Part shown: positions 1-9,867 of the stretch, piece after piece
Numbering within the stretch: the stretch's first letter is position 1
How the letters are laid out: every line of letters begins with the position of its first letter
Origin: an uncultured Gemmatimonadales bacterium
GTDB taxonomy: Bacteria > Gemmatimonadota > Gemmatimonadetes > Longimicrobiales > RSA9
DNA: 64,000 nucleotides
Direction: 5' to 3'
Assembly: GCA_963798085.1 (NCBI GenBank)
Contig: CAWCRS010000005.1
Location: 352,001-416,000 of the forward strand
Program-made: the position numbers and the translations under genes
The notes under the pieces: generated by a model
What the model was told of the DNA's origin: nothing
Database searches by the model: none
What the model saw: only the letters and a program-made list of their open reading frames with translations

Positions 1-308
1 GATACGCCATTGTGGACAGCTCGTACCTGTCTGAAATGACGACCCGGCCGGATTCGAGGGCAGGTCGTACGCATTCCGCGACGAACGTGGCGCGCGCGGC
101 GAGATAGAGCAGCAGCTCACTGCGTGCGTCGATGGGCTCCCCGTGCAGCACAAGTTGTCGCACCGCCTCGCCCAGATGCGTGCTGCCGGGCTCACGCGTG
201 ACCAGGTGCGGAATCCGGCGGCCGGCCAGCCACTCCCCGAGCAGACGGGCCTGGGTGGACTTGCCGCGTCCCCTCGATGCCCTCCAGTACGATGAACCGG
301 CCGCTCAC
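1..308 (-). CDS. tmk: dTMP (thymidylate) kinase, 3'-truncated by window edge, one indel near 267
   Basis: Manual translation: MSGRFIVLEGIEG-GKSTQ (P-loop)...VTREPG...ELLLYLAARA...VISDRY..ST.AY. Confidence 0.9.
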
Positions 309-423
309 AATGCTGCGCGCTCAATGCGCACGACGCAGGGCCCCAGTCTGCTCGAACGTTTCTCGGCCATCACGCATCAGAATCAGCCGCGCACGCAGGA
401 GTCGCATTCGAGCGTCGCGGCGC

Positions 424-1770
424 TCAGCTCTCGTAGTATTCCAGCCCGAGATGGGTGATCTGCTCCTCACCCATCAGGTGGCGCAGCGTGTTCTTCAGCT
501 TCCAGTGCTGGATGAACAGGTCGTGCTCCGGATACAGCTCGGGCGCGGTCATCGGGCTCTTGAAGTAGAACGACAGCCATTCCTGGATGCCGCTCATCCC
601 CGCGCGCTTCGACAGGTCCATGAACAGCGCGAGATCGAGCACGATGGGCGCGGCCAGAATCGAATCGCGGCAGAGGAAGTCCACCTTGATCTGCATCGGA
701 TAGCCCAGCCACCCGAAGATGTCGAGGTTGTCCCAGCCTTCCTTGTTGTCACCGCGGGGCGGGTAGTAGTTGATCCGCACCTTGTGATACACGTTGCCGT
801 ACAGCTCGGGGTGCAGCTTCGGCTGCAGCACGTATTCGAGCACGCCCAGCTTGGATTCTTCCTTCGTCTTGAACGAGTCCGGATCATCCAGTACGGCGCC
901 ATCGCGGTTGCCCAGGATGTTCGTGCTGAACCAGCCGGAGAGTCCCAGCATGCGTGCCTTGAGTCCGGGCGCAATGATCGTCTTCATCATCGTCTGACCC
1001 GTCTTGAAGTCCTTGCCGGCAATGGGCACACCGTGCTCGCGGGCCAGCGCCTGGATGGCCGGAATGTCGACCGTGAGATTGGGCGCGCCATTGGCAAACG
1101 GCACGCCTTCCTTGATCGCTGCCCACGCGTAGATCATCGAAGGCGCAATGGCCGCGTCATTGCACACCATGGCGCGCTCGAAGGCTTCCACCGTCTGATG
1201 CGCCGGGCCCGGCTTCATGAATACCTCGGTCGAGCCGCACCACACCATCACGATGCGGTCGCACTGATTCTCCTGCTTGAAGCGACGAATGTCCGCGCGC
1301 AGCTGCTCGCCCAGTTCCTGCTTGTTGCCCGCCTGTTTCACGTTGCTGCCCTCGATGCGGCGCACGTAGTTCTGGTCGAACACCGCGGGCATGGGCTTGA
1401 TGGCGGAAAGGAAGTCGTGCAGCGGATCGATGTGCGCGCGCTCCAGCACACCGGCCTTCGCCGCCGTCTCGTAGGCATCGTCGGGGATCGGATCCCAGCC
1501 GCCGAATACCAGTGCATCCAGCGGCGACACCGGCACGAATTCACGAATCAGCGGATTGCGGTTCTCCGTGCGCTTGCCCAGCCGGATGTGCGCCAGCTGC
1601 GTCAGCGAGCCAATGGGCAGCGCCATCTTGCGCCGCACCGCTTCCACTCCCGCAATGAACGTCGTCGCCACTGCGCCCATGCCCGGCAGCATTACTCCCA
1701 GCCGCCCCTGCGCCGGCGCAATTGCCCTTCCTGGCGTCATGCCCTCTTCTCCATTGTGCACAGCGCCCAA
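424..1770 (-). CDS. ino1: myo-inositol-3-phosphate synthase (start may be 1740)
   Basis: GMGAVATT, GGWD, ANGAP, GKDFKTGQT, STNILGNRDG, RGDNKEGWD, RDSILAAP motifs. Confidence 0.93.
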   Translation of the reverse strand: MGAVHNGEEGMTPGRAIAPAQGRLGVMLPGMGAVATTFIAGVEAVRRKMALPIGSLTQLAHIRLGKRTENRNPLIREFVPVSPLDALVFGGWDPIPDDAYETAAKAGVLERAHIDPLHDFLSAIKPMPAVFDQNYVRRIEGSNVKQAGNKQELGEQLRADIRRFKQENQCDRIVMVWCGSTEVFMKPGPAHQTVEAFERAMVCNDAAIAPSMIYAWAAIKEGVPFANGAPNLTVDIPAIQALAREHGVPIAGKDFKTGQTMMKTIIAPGLKARMLGLSGWFSTNILGNRDGAVLDDPDSFKTKEESKLGVLEYVLQPKLHPELYGNVYHKVRINYYPPRGDNKEGWDNLDIFGWLGYPMQIKVDFLCRDSILAAPIVLDLALFMDLSKRAGMSGIQEWLSFYFKSPMTAPELYPEHDLFIQHWKLKNTLRHLMGEEQITHLGLEYYES

Positions 1771-1916
1771 CGCGCTGTTAGTAGCATCTCACTCCACCCA
1801 TCACCGCTGCCACACCAGTCCGTTCTTGTCCGTCCCCGTGACCCGGCAACGTCGTTCCATCCGTACAACCCCGGCCCCAGCCCGGGCAACGCTGTGCGCC
1901 CTCTCCTCCGGAAACA

Positions 1917-2552
1917 TCAGTCTTTCTCCTCCAGCGGCACCCCCTTCGCATGTCGATAGACCCACACGATGCGCTGCACGGCCGTGAGGTTGGTCAGGAC
2001 GGCGAGCACGACGATCACGATCTTGAGGATCAGACCGTCCCAGCTCTCGCCGAAGAGGAGTGACGCGAGTCCGATCAGTACCACGCGCTCGGCGCGCGGC
2101 ATGAGGCCCACTCTGCAGTCGAGTCCCAGAGCTTCCGCGCGCGCGCGAGTATAGCTGATCATCAGAGACCCCGCCATGGCGAGCATGATGAGGTAGATCA
2201 TGCCCACATCGCCCAGCTCGAGGCGGTAGTCGTTGTAGAGCGAGAGAATGCCGAGGAAGACCGCGATTTCGCTGATGCGGTCCAGCGTCGAATCGTAGAA
2301 CGCGCCGAACTTGCTGCCCAGCTTCGACAGTCGCGCCACGCGACCGTCGAGGATGTCGAAGAAGCCGCCCGTCAGCACCAGCACGCCCGCCGTGCGCACA
2401 TGGTGCTCGTGGAACGCGAGCGCCGACGTCATCGTCGCAAGGAAGCCGAGTGTGGTGAGGAGGTTGGGATGAACCTGCTTGCGCGCCAGCCAGTCGGTGA
2501 GCGGGTCGATGATCCGGTAGACCCGCCCGCGTTGCGCTTCGAGTCCGGTCAC
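1917..2552 (-). CDS. CDP-alcohol phosphatidyltransferase, phosphatidylinositol-phosphate-synthase-like
   Basis: HPNxxT, DILDGRVAR..G...DSTLDR signature; SYTRARAE and RAER motifs; adjacent to ino1. Confidence 0.88.
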   Translation of the reverse strand: MTGLEAQRGRVYRIIDPLTDWLARKQVHPNLLTTLGFLATMTSALAFHEHHVRTAGVLVLTGGFFDILDGRVARLSKLGSKFGAFYDSTLDRISEIAVFLGILSLYNDYRLELGDVGMIYLIMLAMAGSLMISYTRARAEALGLDCRVGLMPRAERVVLIGLASLLFGESWDGLILKIVIVVLAVLTNLTAVQRIVWVYRHAKGVPLEEKD

Positions 2553-2563
2553 GCCCCGCCTCC

Positions 2564-2935
2564 TCAGGTGGGCAGGATGATGCGTGATCGGGATCCGGCT
2601 TCGATCCCCTCCGTGATGTGGTCGTTCACGCGCGCCAGCACCTTGTCGAAATTCGCCTGCGCGGCCACCAGGCCCTGGTAGACGGAAGACGCCTGCAGCT
2701 GCGAGAACAGCGTCTCGTATTCCTGCTGGATCTCCGCGGACGGCTCCTGGCCCGAGCGCAGCAGCTGCCCGATCTGGCGCTCCATCTCGCCCATGCGGTT
2801 CAATGAGACGGACAGCTCGCGGTCCTCCAGTGCGCGCGTGCGTGCCCGGTCGAGTGCCTGATATTCGCTGGTCTGTCCCAGCAGTCGGCCCAGCTCCCGC
2901 GCCTTGTCGGCGAAACCTTCCATGATCTCAACCAC
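2564..2935 (-). CDS. YlbF/YmcA (Com_YlbF)-family helical protein
   Basis: DKARELGRLLGQTSEYQAL...AQANFDKVLARVNDHI pattern typical of the family. Confidence 0.7.
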   Translation of the reverse strand: MVEIMEGFADKARELGRLLGQTSEYQALDRARTRALEDRELSVSLNRMGEMERQIGQLLRSGQEPSAEIQQEYETLFSQLQASSVYQGLVAAQANFDKVLARVNDHITEGIEAGSRSRIILPT

Positions 2936-2980
2936 CCGTTAGGCTTGCCCGCCACGTTGCGGGGCATTCCCGCATCGTCT

Positions 2981-3856
2981 TCAGCTGCGCTGCGCCAGGA
3001 TCACGCGCGGCCGTCCCGTCAGATCCGCCTGCACGCGGGGCTCGGCATAACTGCCGTGTTCGCGAAGTCGCTGCTGCACGGCCTCCGCCTGGCCCAGTCC
3101 CACCTCCAGCGCCAGCAGTCCGCCCGCTTCGAGGTGCGCCGCCGCGCCATCCACCAGCGCGTTCAGCATCGCGTACCCGCGCTCCGCCGCGAACAGCGCG
3201 CCCGCGGGCTCCCACTCGCGCACCTCGGGCGCCAGCTCCGCCCGCTCCGCATCTGCAACATACGGAGGATTGGAGGCGACGACGTCGAATCGTTCCTCCG
3301 TTCCCACCGCGGACCATGCGTCGCCGATGCGGAATTCGATGCGCGTCTGCAGCCCCAGCCGGCTGGCGTTCTCGCCCGCGGCGGCCAGCGCATCCGCGGA
3401 CACGTCAGTGGCGACGATACGCTGGAAATCGCCTTCGTGCGCCAGGCTGAGTGCGATGGCGCCGGACCCTGTACCCATGTCCAGCACCTCCAGCCCTGGC
3501 CTGCCCTTCGCCCAGGCCAGCACCGCGCCCACCAGAATCTCCGTTTCCGGCCGCGGGATCAGAACCCTTGAATCCACACGCAGCATCAGCTGCCGGAAGG
3601 GCGCTTCCCCCACAATGTACTGGATCGGCTCGTGCCGCAAACGCCGCCGCACCAGGGTGCGGAACGCATCCAGCTCCTCCGTGCTCACCGGCCGATCGTG
3701 CTGGAGGTAGAGTTCGAGCCGGCTCAGGTGGAGCACTGCCGCCAGCAGCAGCTCCGCCTCGAGTCGCGCATTCTCCAGTCCCGCCCGCTCGCGCAGTACG
3801 CCGGCCGCCCGTCGTGCCAGTTCCAGTGCGGTCTGCTGCACGGCGTCACGCAGCAT
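2981..3856 (-). CDS. prmC: release factor glutamine methyltransferase
   Basis: [30 protein letters not shown]; follows prfA. Confidence 0.96.
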   Translation of the reverse strand: MLRDAVQQTALELARRAAGVLRERAGLENARLEAELLLAAVLHLSRLELYLQHDRPVSTEELDAFRTLVRRRLRHEPIQYIVGEAPFRQLMLRVDSRVLIPRPETEILVGAVLAWAKGRPGLEVLDMGTGSGAIALSLAHEGDFQRIVATDVSADALAAAGENASRLGLQTRIEFRIGDAWSAVGTEERFDVVASNPPYVADAERAELAPEVREWEPAGALFAAERGYAMLNALVDGAAAHLEAGGLLALEVGLGQAEAVQQRLREHGSYAEPRVQADLTGRPRVILAQRS

Positions 3857-4922
3857 CCGATTCCAGCCGCTCCGCCTCCCTCGCCTCCTTGAGCGCGCCG
3901 ATCAGCTCCGCCAGATCGCCGTCCATGATCTCGTGCAGCTGGTGCAGTGTGAGACCAATGCGATGGTCGGTAACGCGACTCTGCGGGAAGTGGTAGGTCC
4001 GGATCTTGGCGGAGCGATCGCCTGTCCCGACCTGCGTCTTCCTGGCCCTGGCACGCTCCGCCTCCTGCTCCGCCAGCTTCTGGTCCAGCAGCCGGCTGCG
4101 CAGCACGCGCAGCGCCTTCGCCTTGTTCTTGTGCTGTGATTTCTCGTCCTGGCAGGTAACGACCAGGCCGGTGGGCAGGTGCGTAATGCGCACCGCCGAG
4201 TCGGTGGTGTTGACGGACTGCCCCCCCGGACCCGACGAGCGGTACACGTCCACGCGGATCTCGTCGTCGCGGATCTCGACATCGACGTCTTCTGCTTCCG
4301 GCAGCACGGCTACGGTGGCTGCTGACGTGTGGATGCGGCCCTGGCTCTCGGTCACCGGTACACGCTGCACCCGGTGCACGCCGGATTCGTGGCGCAGATC
4401 GCCGTAGGCATTCCGGCCGCGGACCACGAACACCACCTCCTTGAAGGCCCCGCGGTCGCCTTCCGAGAGGTGGATCAGCTCCACGCTCCAGCCACGCGAC
4501 TCCGCATAGCGCGTGTACATGCGGAACAGCTCGGCCGCGAACAGGCCGGCCTCATCGCCGCCGGTTCCGGCCCGGATCTCCATGACGGCCGACCGGTCGG
4601 CGAGCGGGTCGCGGGGGATCAGCAGCTGGCGCAGCTTCTCCAGCAACGCCTGCTCCTGCTCGCCCAGCTTCGTCACCTCGGATTCGGCCAGCTCGGTGAG
4701 TTCCGCGTCGTCGCCCGCCTCGATCATGGCGCGGGCTTCCGTCAGTTGCTGGCGCACCCGCTGCAGCGCCTGCGCGGCTTCCGCCGCCGGCTTCAGCTCC
4801 GCCTGCTCGATCGCAGTCTTGCGCAGGTTTTCCGAGTTGCCGAGAACGGCGGGATCCGCAAGGCGCCCGGTGAGCGACTCGTAGCGCCGCAGCAATTCCG
4901 GAATGCGCGCTTCCCAGCTCAT
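3846..4922 (-). CDS. prfA: peptide chain release factor 1
   Basis: [14 protein letters not shown] anticodon-like motif, GPGGQ. Confidence 0.97.
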   Translation of the reverse strand: MSWEARIPELLRRYESLTGRLADPAVLGNSENLRKTAIEQAELKPAAEAAQALQRVRQQLTEARAMIEAGDDAELTELAESEVTKLGEQEQALLEKLRQLLIPRDPLADRSAVMEIRAGTGGDEAGLFAAELFRMYTRYAESRGWSVELIHLSEGDRGAFKEVVFVVRGRNAYGDLRHESGVHRVQRVPVTESQGRIHTSAATVAVLPEAEDVDVEIRDDEIRVDVYRSSGPGGQSVNTTDSAVRITHLPTGLVVTCQDEKSQHKNKAKALRVLRSRLLDQKLAEQEAERARARKTQVGTGDRSAKIRTYHFPQSRVTDHRIGLTLHQLHEIMDGDLAELIGALKEAREAERLESDAA

Positions 4923-4950
4923 AAGACAAAGAGCCGGCGGCGCCGGCTCT
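4923..4950 (-). terminator. GC-rich hairpin plus weak U-tract between rpmE and prfA (terminator/attenuator candidate)
   Basis: AGAGCCGGC-GCC-GCCGGCTCT followed by TTGTCTT then the prfA ATG. Confidence 0.5.
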
Positions 4951-4955
4951 CCCTC

Positions 4956-5180
4956 TTACTGCTCCGCCTTTTTGCCGGAGGCGCCGGTGCCCCATTTCTG
5001 ACGGAACCGTTCCACGCGGCCGGCCGTGTCGACCAGCTTCTGCCGCCCCGTAAAATAGGGATGACACACCGAGCAGATTTCCACGTGGATGTCCTTCACC
5101 GTGCTGCGCGTCTCGAAGCTGTTGCCACAAGCGCAGTGCACGGTCGCCGTCTTGTAGTCCGGATGAATGCCCGCTTTCAT
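4956..5180 (-). CDS. rpmE: 50S ribosomal protein L31 (zinc-binding form)
   Basis: MKAGIHPDY...CACG...[10 protein letters not shown]...GRVERF. Confidence 0.97.
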   Translation of the reverse strand: MKAGIHPDYKTATVHCACGNSFETRSTVKDIHVEICSVCHPYFTGRQKLVDTAGRVERFRQKWGTGASGKKAEQ

Positions 5181-5222
5181 GGGTGCCTCTTCAGCGATGT
5201 CCTGGAAACGTTCAAGACAACT

Positions 5223-5251
5223 AGTTTAACGGGCCGGCACCCCCTCCTCAA
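5223..5251 (-). promoter_or_regulatory. sigma70-type promoter candidate for rpmE
   Basis: TTGAGG-17 nt-TAAACT. Confidence 0.45.
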
Positions 5252-6254
5252 GCAGCACCTCGCGGCGCTCGTCTGCCGACCGGTAGGCCATGGCGATGAG
5301 TCGCATCAGCTCGACCTGCTCGCGCGGCGCGGGCGCTCGCTCCTCGCCCCGGACGGCGCGAACGAAATGCGCCAGCTGCTGCCGGTACGAGGCCGTGTAC
5401 AGGTTCTCGCGGCCCATCGTGATGGTGGGCGTCACGTCAATCAGCCCGGTTTCCATCTCCTTGAAAACGGCGAGCGGCTGAATGGCGGCAGAGCCGCGTG
5501 TCCCCAGAACGCGCATGTAGTGCCGGTCGCGCTCCGCCACCAGGCTCCAGCTCATGGTCAACGAGATGCAGGAGCTGTCGGCCATGCGCACCAGCAATGC
5601 CGCGGTGTCCTCCACTTCCATGCCCTCGCCCGGATGCGTGTGACAGCAGACGCTGTAGGCGGGAGGGAAGCCGAGCATCCAGAGGCAGAGGTCGAGCAGC
5701 TGCACGCCCAGGTCCATCACGACGCCGCCCCCGGCCGTCGCGCGCCGGTGCCGCCAGGTCGGGCGGATCAGCCGCATCTTGCGGTTGAGCCAGGCGCCGC
5801 GCGTGAGAAAGATGCGACCCAGCTCGCCGCCCTCGGCAAACGGCTTCAGCGCCGCCGTGTCCGGGCGATAGCGGTGATTCATGGCCACGAACAGCACGCG
5901 ACCGGATGCGTCCGCCACCTGCAGCACGCGCTCCGCGTCGTCCGCCGACAGACCCAGGGGCTTCTCCACGAGCACGTGCTTGTTCTCGCTCAGCGCAGCG
6001 ATCGCCTGTTCGGCGTGCAGGTGGCTGGGCGTACAGATCACGAGCGCATCGAGATCATCCGCGCGGAACGCTTCGATGTCGCGCGAGTGCACGCGCGGAA
6101 TGCGGAAGCGCGCCGCGATCGCTCTGGCTTTGGCCGTGTCCACATCGCACACCGCTACCAGCTTCACGCCCGGCATCTGTGTCAGAATCGGCAGGTGCAC
6201 CACCTGTGCGATCGAGCCCAGGCCCAGGAGTCCCACGCGGATGTCGTCACTCAT
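5226..6254 (-). CDS. Gfo/Idh/MocA family oxidoreductase
   Basis: IRVGLLGLGSIA Rossmann start, HVLVEKP, GGGVVMDLGVQ; ATG 6254 overlaps upstream stop. Confidence 0.9.
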   Translation of the reverse strand: MSDDIRVGLLGLGSIAQVVHLPILTQMPGVKLVAVCDVDTAKARAIAARFRIPRVHSRDIEAFRADDLDALVICTPSHLHAEQAIAALSENKHVLVEKPLGLSADDAERVLQVADASGRVLFVAMNHRYRPDTAALKPFAEGGELGRIFLTRGAWLNRKMRLIRPTWRHRRATAGGGVVMDLGVQLLDLCLWMLGFPPAYSVCCHTHPGEGMEVEDTAALLVRMADSSCISLTMSWSLVAERDRHYMRVLGTRGSAAIQPLAVFKEMETGLIDVTPTITMGRENLYTASYRQQLAHFVRAVRGEERAPAPREQVELMRLIAMAYRSADERREVLLEEGVPAR

Positions 6255-6916
6255 GGCGATGTCCTCGTGCGCGAAGGAACCATCAGTGCAGCGCCCAGGC
6301 GCAGACCCGGATAGCGGATCTCGCTCTGCAGCGTATAGCGGCCCTCCGCATAGAGACGCAGTATCGGCCGCGGCTCGTACTCCAGCCCGGCCATGAACGC
6401 GGTGCCCGCGGTGATCGTGTCCAGCAGATCTTCGATGAAGGTGCCGTCGATGCTCGCGCCGCTGCCGTTCATGGCGTGCAGCCCGAGGCCCAGGCCCACA
6501 TAGGTAAAGATGTGGAGCGGCGCGGTCCAGACCAGTTGCCCGTCGACGGCCAGGGACAGGTTGCTCCACTCCACCTTGCCCAGGTCGGCGGCCGAAATGG
6601 TAACACCGCGTTGTGTCAGCGAGGGCAGATCGCTCAACCGGCTGGCGAGGTGGTCCAGCTCCGACTGCTTGAGCTGCGAACGCCACCAGGACACGCTGGG
6701 GATGATGCGCACGCCCGGTCCCAGAAACCCCAGGTCCAGGCGCATCGCATACTGGGTGGTCGCATCCACCTTGTTGGGCCAGATACGTCCGACATCCACA
6801 CCCAGGCCGCGAAATCGCAAGTTATCATAATCGTAGTTCGCGAGCATCTGGGCGCTCGCCGCGGCAGGCGAGACCAGCAGAACCAGCAGCATGACCGTGT
6901 TGCGCAGCGCATTCAT
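6251..6916 (-). CDS. exported outer-membrane beta-barrel-like protein
   Basis: Signal peptide (..AASA-Q), alternating beta-strands (YVGLGLGLH, AGLEY, LYAEGRY). Confidence 0.6.
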   Translation of the reverse strand: MNALRNTVMLLVLLVSPAAASAQMLANYDYDNLRFRGLGVDVGRIWPNKVDATTQYAMRLDLGFLGPGVRIIPSVSWWRSQLKQSELDHLASRLSDLPSLTQRGVTISAADLGKVEWSNLSLAVDGQLVWTAPLHIFTYVGLGLGLHAMNGSGASIDGTFIEDLLDTITAGTAFMAGLEYEPRPILRLYAEGRYTLQSEIRYPGLRLGAALMVPSRTRTSP

Positions 6917-6936
6917 TGCTTTCCTTCTCTCCCTGT

Positions 6937-8236
6937 TCAGTAGATGCGCTTCAGTTCGGTGCCGCTGTAATAGGCACGCAGAATCTGGTCGTAGCGCTGG
7001 CCGCCGCGCGCGCGACCCAGTGCGCCCATCTGGCACATGCCTACGCCGTGCCCCCAGCCGCCGCCTTCCACCGACAGGGCCGTCACGGCGCCGTCCTCGC
7101 CTTTCTCGACATCGAGCTTCGCGAGTCGCGCGCTGTTGAGTCCCGCGCCGCCGGGCAGGCGCAGCACCCAGCGCACAGAATCGGCGCGCATGGTCCAGCT
7201 CCTGCCATCCGCCTGCAGCCGCACGCTGACCCGTCCGGACGCGTTGGTATCGGTGATGTCAATGGCATCCACGCGGCGCAGCGCAACCGCGGCGTGCGTG
7301 TAGGCGCGCAGGCTCGCACCCAGCGCTGACAGCAGCTGCGCCCGCGTCCAGTGCGCCGTCCAGTGGAAGCGATTGGAGCTGGCGCACCAGGCGCTGTCAG
7401 TGCCTGGCACCAGGTCGGACACGGACTTGAGGTATGGCACCGGCGTACGCCACGGCCAGGCATCCTCGACCGCGGACGTCCGGCCACCACATGTCGAACT
7501 GTAGTAGGCGATGATGGGAACGCCATCGTACGTGATGATCTCGCCGCGCGTCTCCAGCACGGCACGACCCGCGACCGTGTCTTCGTCCGCGATGCCGCCG
7601 TACACCTGGTCCTGCACGCCTGAAAACACGTCGAAACCGAGTGCTGCCTGTCCGCCCATGTGTGTGATCGCGTAGGTGCGCGCAGCCACGGCCTGTGCCT
7701 TCACGGCTTCCACTTCTGCGGTTGTCCGCCTGCCGATCTCGCGCGGCACTACACCCAGCAGATAATCCTCGAGGTCGAGCACGTTGATGGCAGTCAGTCC
7801 ATCGCCGCCGTTGCGCACCAGTGCTTCGCCCCGATAGGCGTTGCCCCCGATCTCGACCCGACCGGCCGCGCGCACCAGCAGCGGGCCGCGACTGTGCACG
7901 GTGCGCTCGCCCGAGCGCGCCGCCAGCGAGCCATCCCGCTCCAGCGACACGGTCCAGCGCTCACCGGCGGCCGCCGGAACGGGTGCATCGTCCTGCTGGC
8001 TCGAGGGAGAACGCAGCGGGTGCGCTCACGGTCACGCTCGACGTGTCCACCATGATACCCACGCGCAGCGCGGGCTCCCTGCCTGCAGCGGCCGGTGGCG
8101 CGCCCGGCTGCGTGCGCGGCACCTCGCCCCGCCGGCAGCCGTCACCCGCGCCGGCGAGCAGCAGCACCGCCAGCACCCCGCGGCCGGGGCTTCCAAAACG
8201 CCCTGTTAGAGTCCGGCGCGGGCGCTCAGGATGCAC
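6937..8236 (-). CDS. SpoIID/LytB-domain peptidoglycan lytic transglycosylase (frameshifted near 7950-8000; start uncertain)
   Basis: LEDYLLGVVPRE, EAVKAQAVAARTY, DQVYGG, YSSTCGG, GGGWGHGVGMCQMGA. Confidence 0.9.
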
Positions 8237-9783
8237 GACCCACCATTGCGCCGGTAAGGTCATCCTCCGCCGCGTCCGTGATGCGGGCGCGTACGAATTC
8301 GCCTGCATGTACACCGGTCAATCCCGGCAGCTGCACCGCCCCATCGATTTCCAGTGCCTGCCTGGCAGTGCGCCCGGCCGCGCCGTCCGGTCCTTCACCC
8401 TCGATCCCCGCGCGCACGCGATCGACCAGCACGGTCATCTCCCGGCCGATCGAGCGATTCGTTGTGCTCGAGCGAGATTGTGCGCTGCAGGTCGAGCACG
8501 CGTTCGAGCCGCTCGCGTTTCGCGGACTGCGGCACCTCGTCCGCCATGGTCGCGGCGGGTGTGCCTTCCTCCACCGAGTACGGGAACGCGCCGACATGGT
8601 CGAAGCGCAGCTCCTCGAGCAGCTCGAGCATGGCGTCGAAATCGTCTTCCGTCTCGCCCGGGAAACCGACAATGACGGTGGTGCGCAGCGCGATGTCGGG
8701 AATCGCGTCGCGCAGCCAGCGCACGCGCTCGCGGATCGTCGCCTGTCGTTCCGGCCGCTGCATGCGCTGCAGCACCGCATCGGCGCCGTGCTGGATCGGC
8801 ATGTCGAGATATTTCACGATGCGTGGCTCAGCGCGCCATGCGCGCGACCAGTTCCGGCCGGATGCCGGACGGATACATGTAGAACAGCCGCAGCCACGGA
8901 ATGCCCGTTTCCTCGAGCAGCGCATGCAGCAGGTTCGCGGAGCAGGCCGCCGCCGGCTTGGTGCGACCGCAGCGGCGCGTCCTTGCGCGCGCGTATCATC
9001 GAGTACCGACGTCGTCGCCTCGATCGACGCCGGCCATACCCGCGAACGGGCGGCCGACGAAACGCCCCGTCCGCCGCCGCCTCGCCGCCTCGCTCCAGGT
9101 CGCGGCCGTACCAGGTCGTGTCCTGGCTGACCAGACTCAGCTCGACCATGCCGGCCGCCTCCAGCTGCTGCGCTTCCCTGCACAAGCAGTTCGATGGGCG
9201 TCGAGCGGTGCTTCCCACGCATGCAGCGGAATGGCGCAGAACGCGCAGCCGTGGTCGCAGCCTTCGCTCACCTTCAGAAACGACGTGTGACGGGTCGCGG
9301 TGAGCATGCGGAGCGGCCGTTCCATGTTGGCCGCGTCGGCCGCGCCTTCTGCAGCAGACCCCGCCGCGAAAGCTCGGGCACCAGCCGCTCGATCTCCGTC
9401 AGCCCCAGGAACAGATCGACTTCCGGCAGTTCGCGCAGCAGCTCCGCCTTGTGGCGCTGCACCAGGCAGCCCATCGCCACGACCGCGCGTGCCCTGCCCT
9501 CTTCCTTGAGACGCACGGCTTCGAGGATCGTATCGATCGATTCTTCCCTCGCCGCCTCGATGAAGCCGCACGTGTTGATCACGATGATGTCGGCATCGCC
9601 CGTGCTCGCGCGCGCCCCGGCGGCTGACAGCCGCGCCAGCAGCCGCTCGCTGTCGACCGTGTTCTTGTCACAGCCGAGTGTGACCAGACGGATGCTGGCA
9701 CGTTGATCGCCGGGGGACACGCGGGCGGCGGGACCCGCGCCGGACATGACGGGCAGCGGGCGGCGCGTGCCGGAGCCGCTCAT
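8226..9783 (-). CDS. rimO: ribosomal protein S12 methylthiotransferase (several indels)
   Basis: TLGCDKNTVDSE, INTCGFIEAAREESI, KVSEGCDHGCAFCAIP, YLDMPIQH, RTTVIVGFPGET, C-terminal TRAM domain, spread over frames. Confidence 0.92.
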
Positions 9784-9867
9784 GCGCCCGCCTTCGTGCT
9801 TCCATGCATCATCGGGAAGCCACGCCGCGCCGGGCGCGCAGCCCGCGTCTAACGCGCTGTTGCGTGA

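Noticed and set aside
5226..6254. Gfo/Idh/MocA protein as a myo-inositol dehydrogenase linked to ino1
   Set aside because: The family is too broad, the gene is separated from ino1 by the rpmE promoter and four genes, and no iol genes are present
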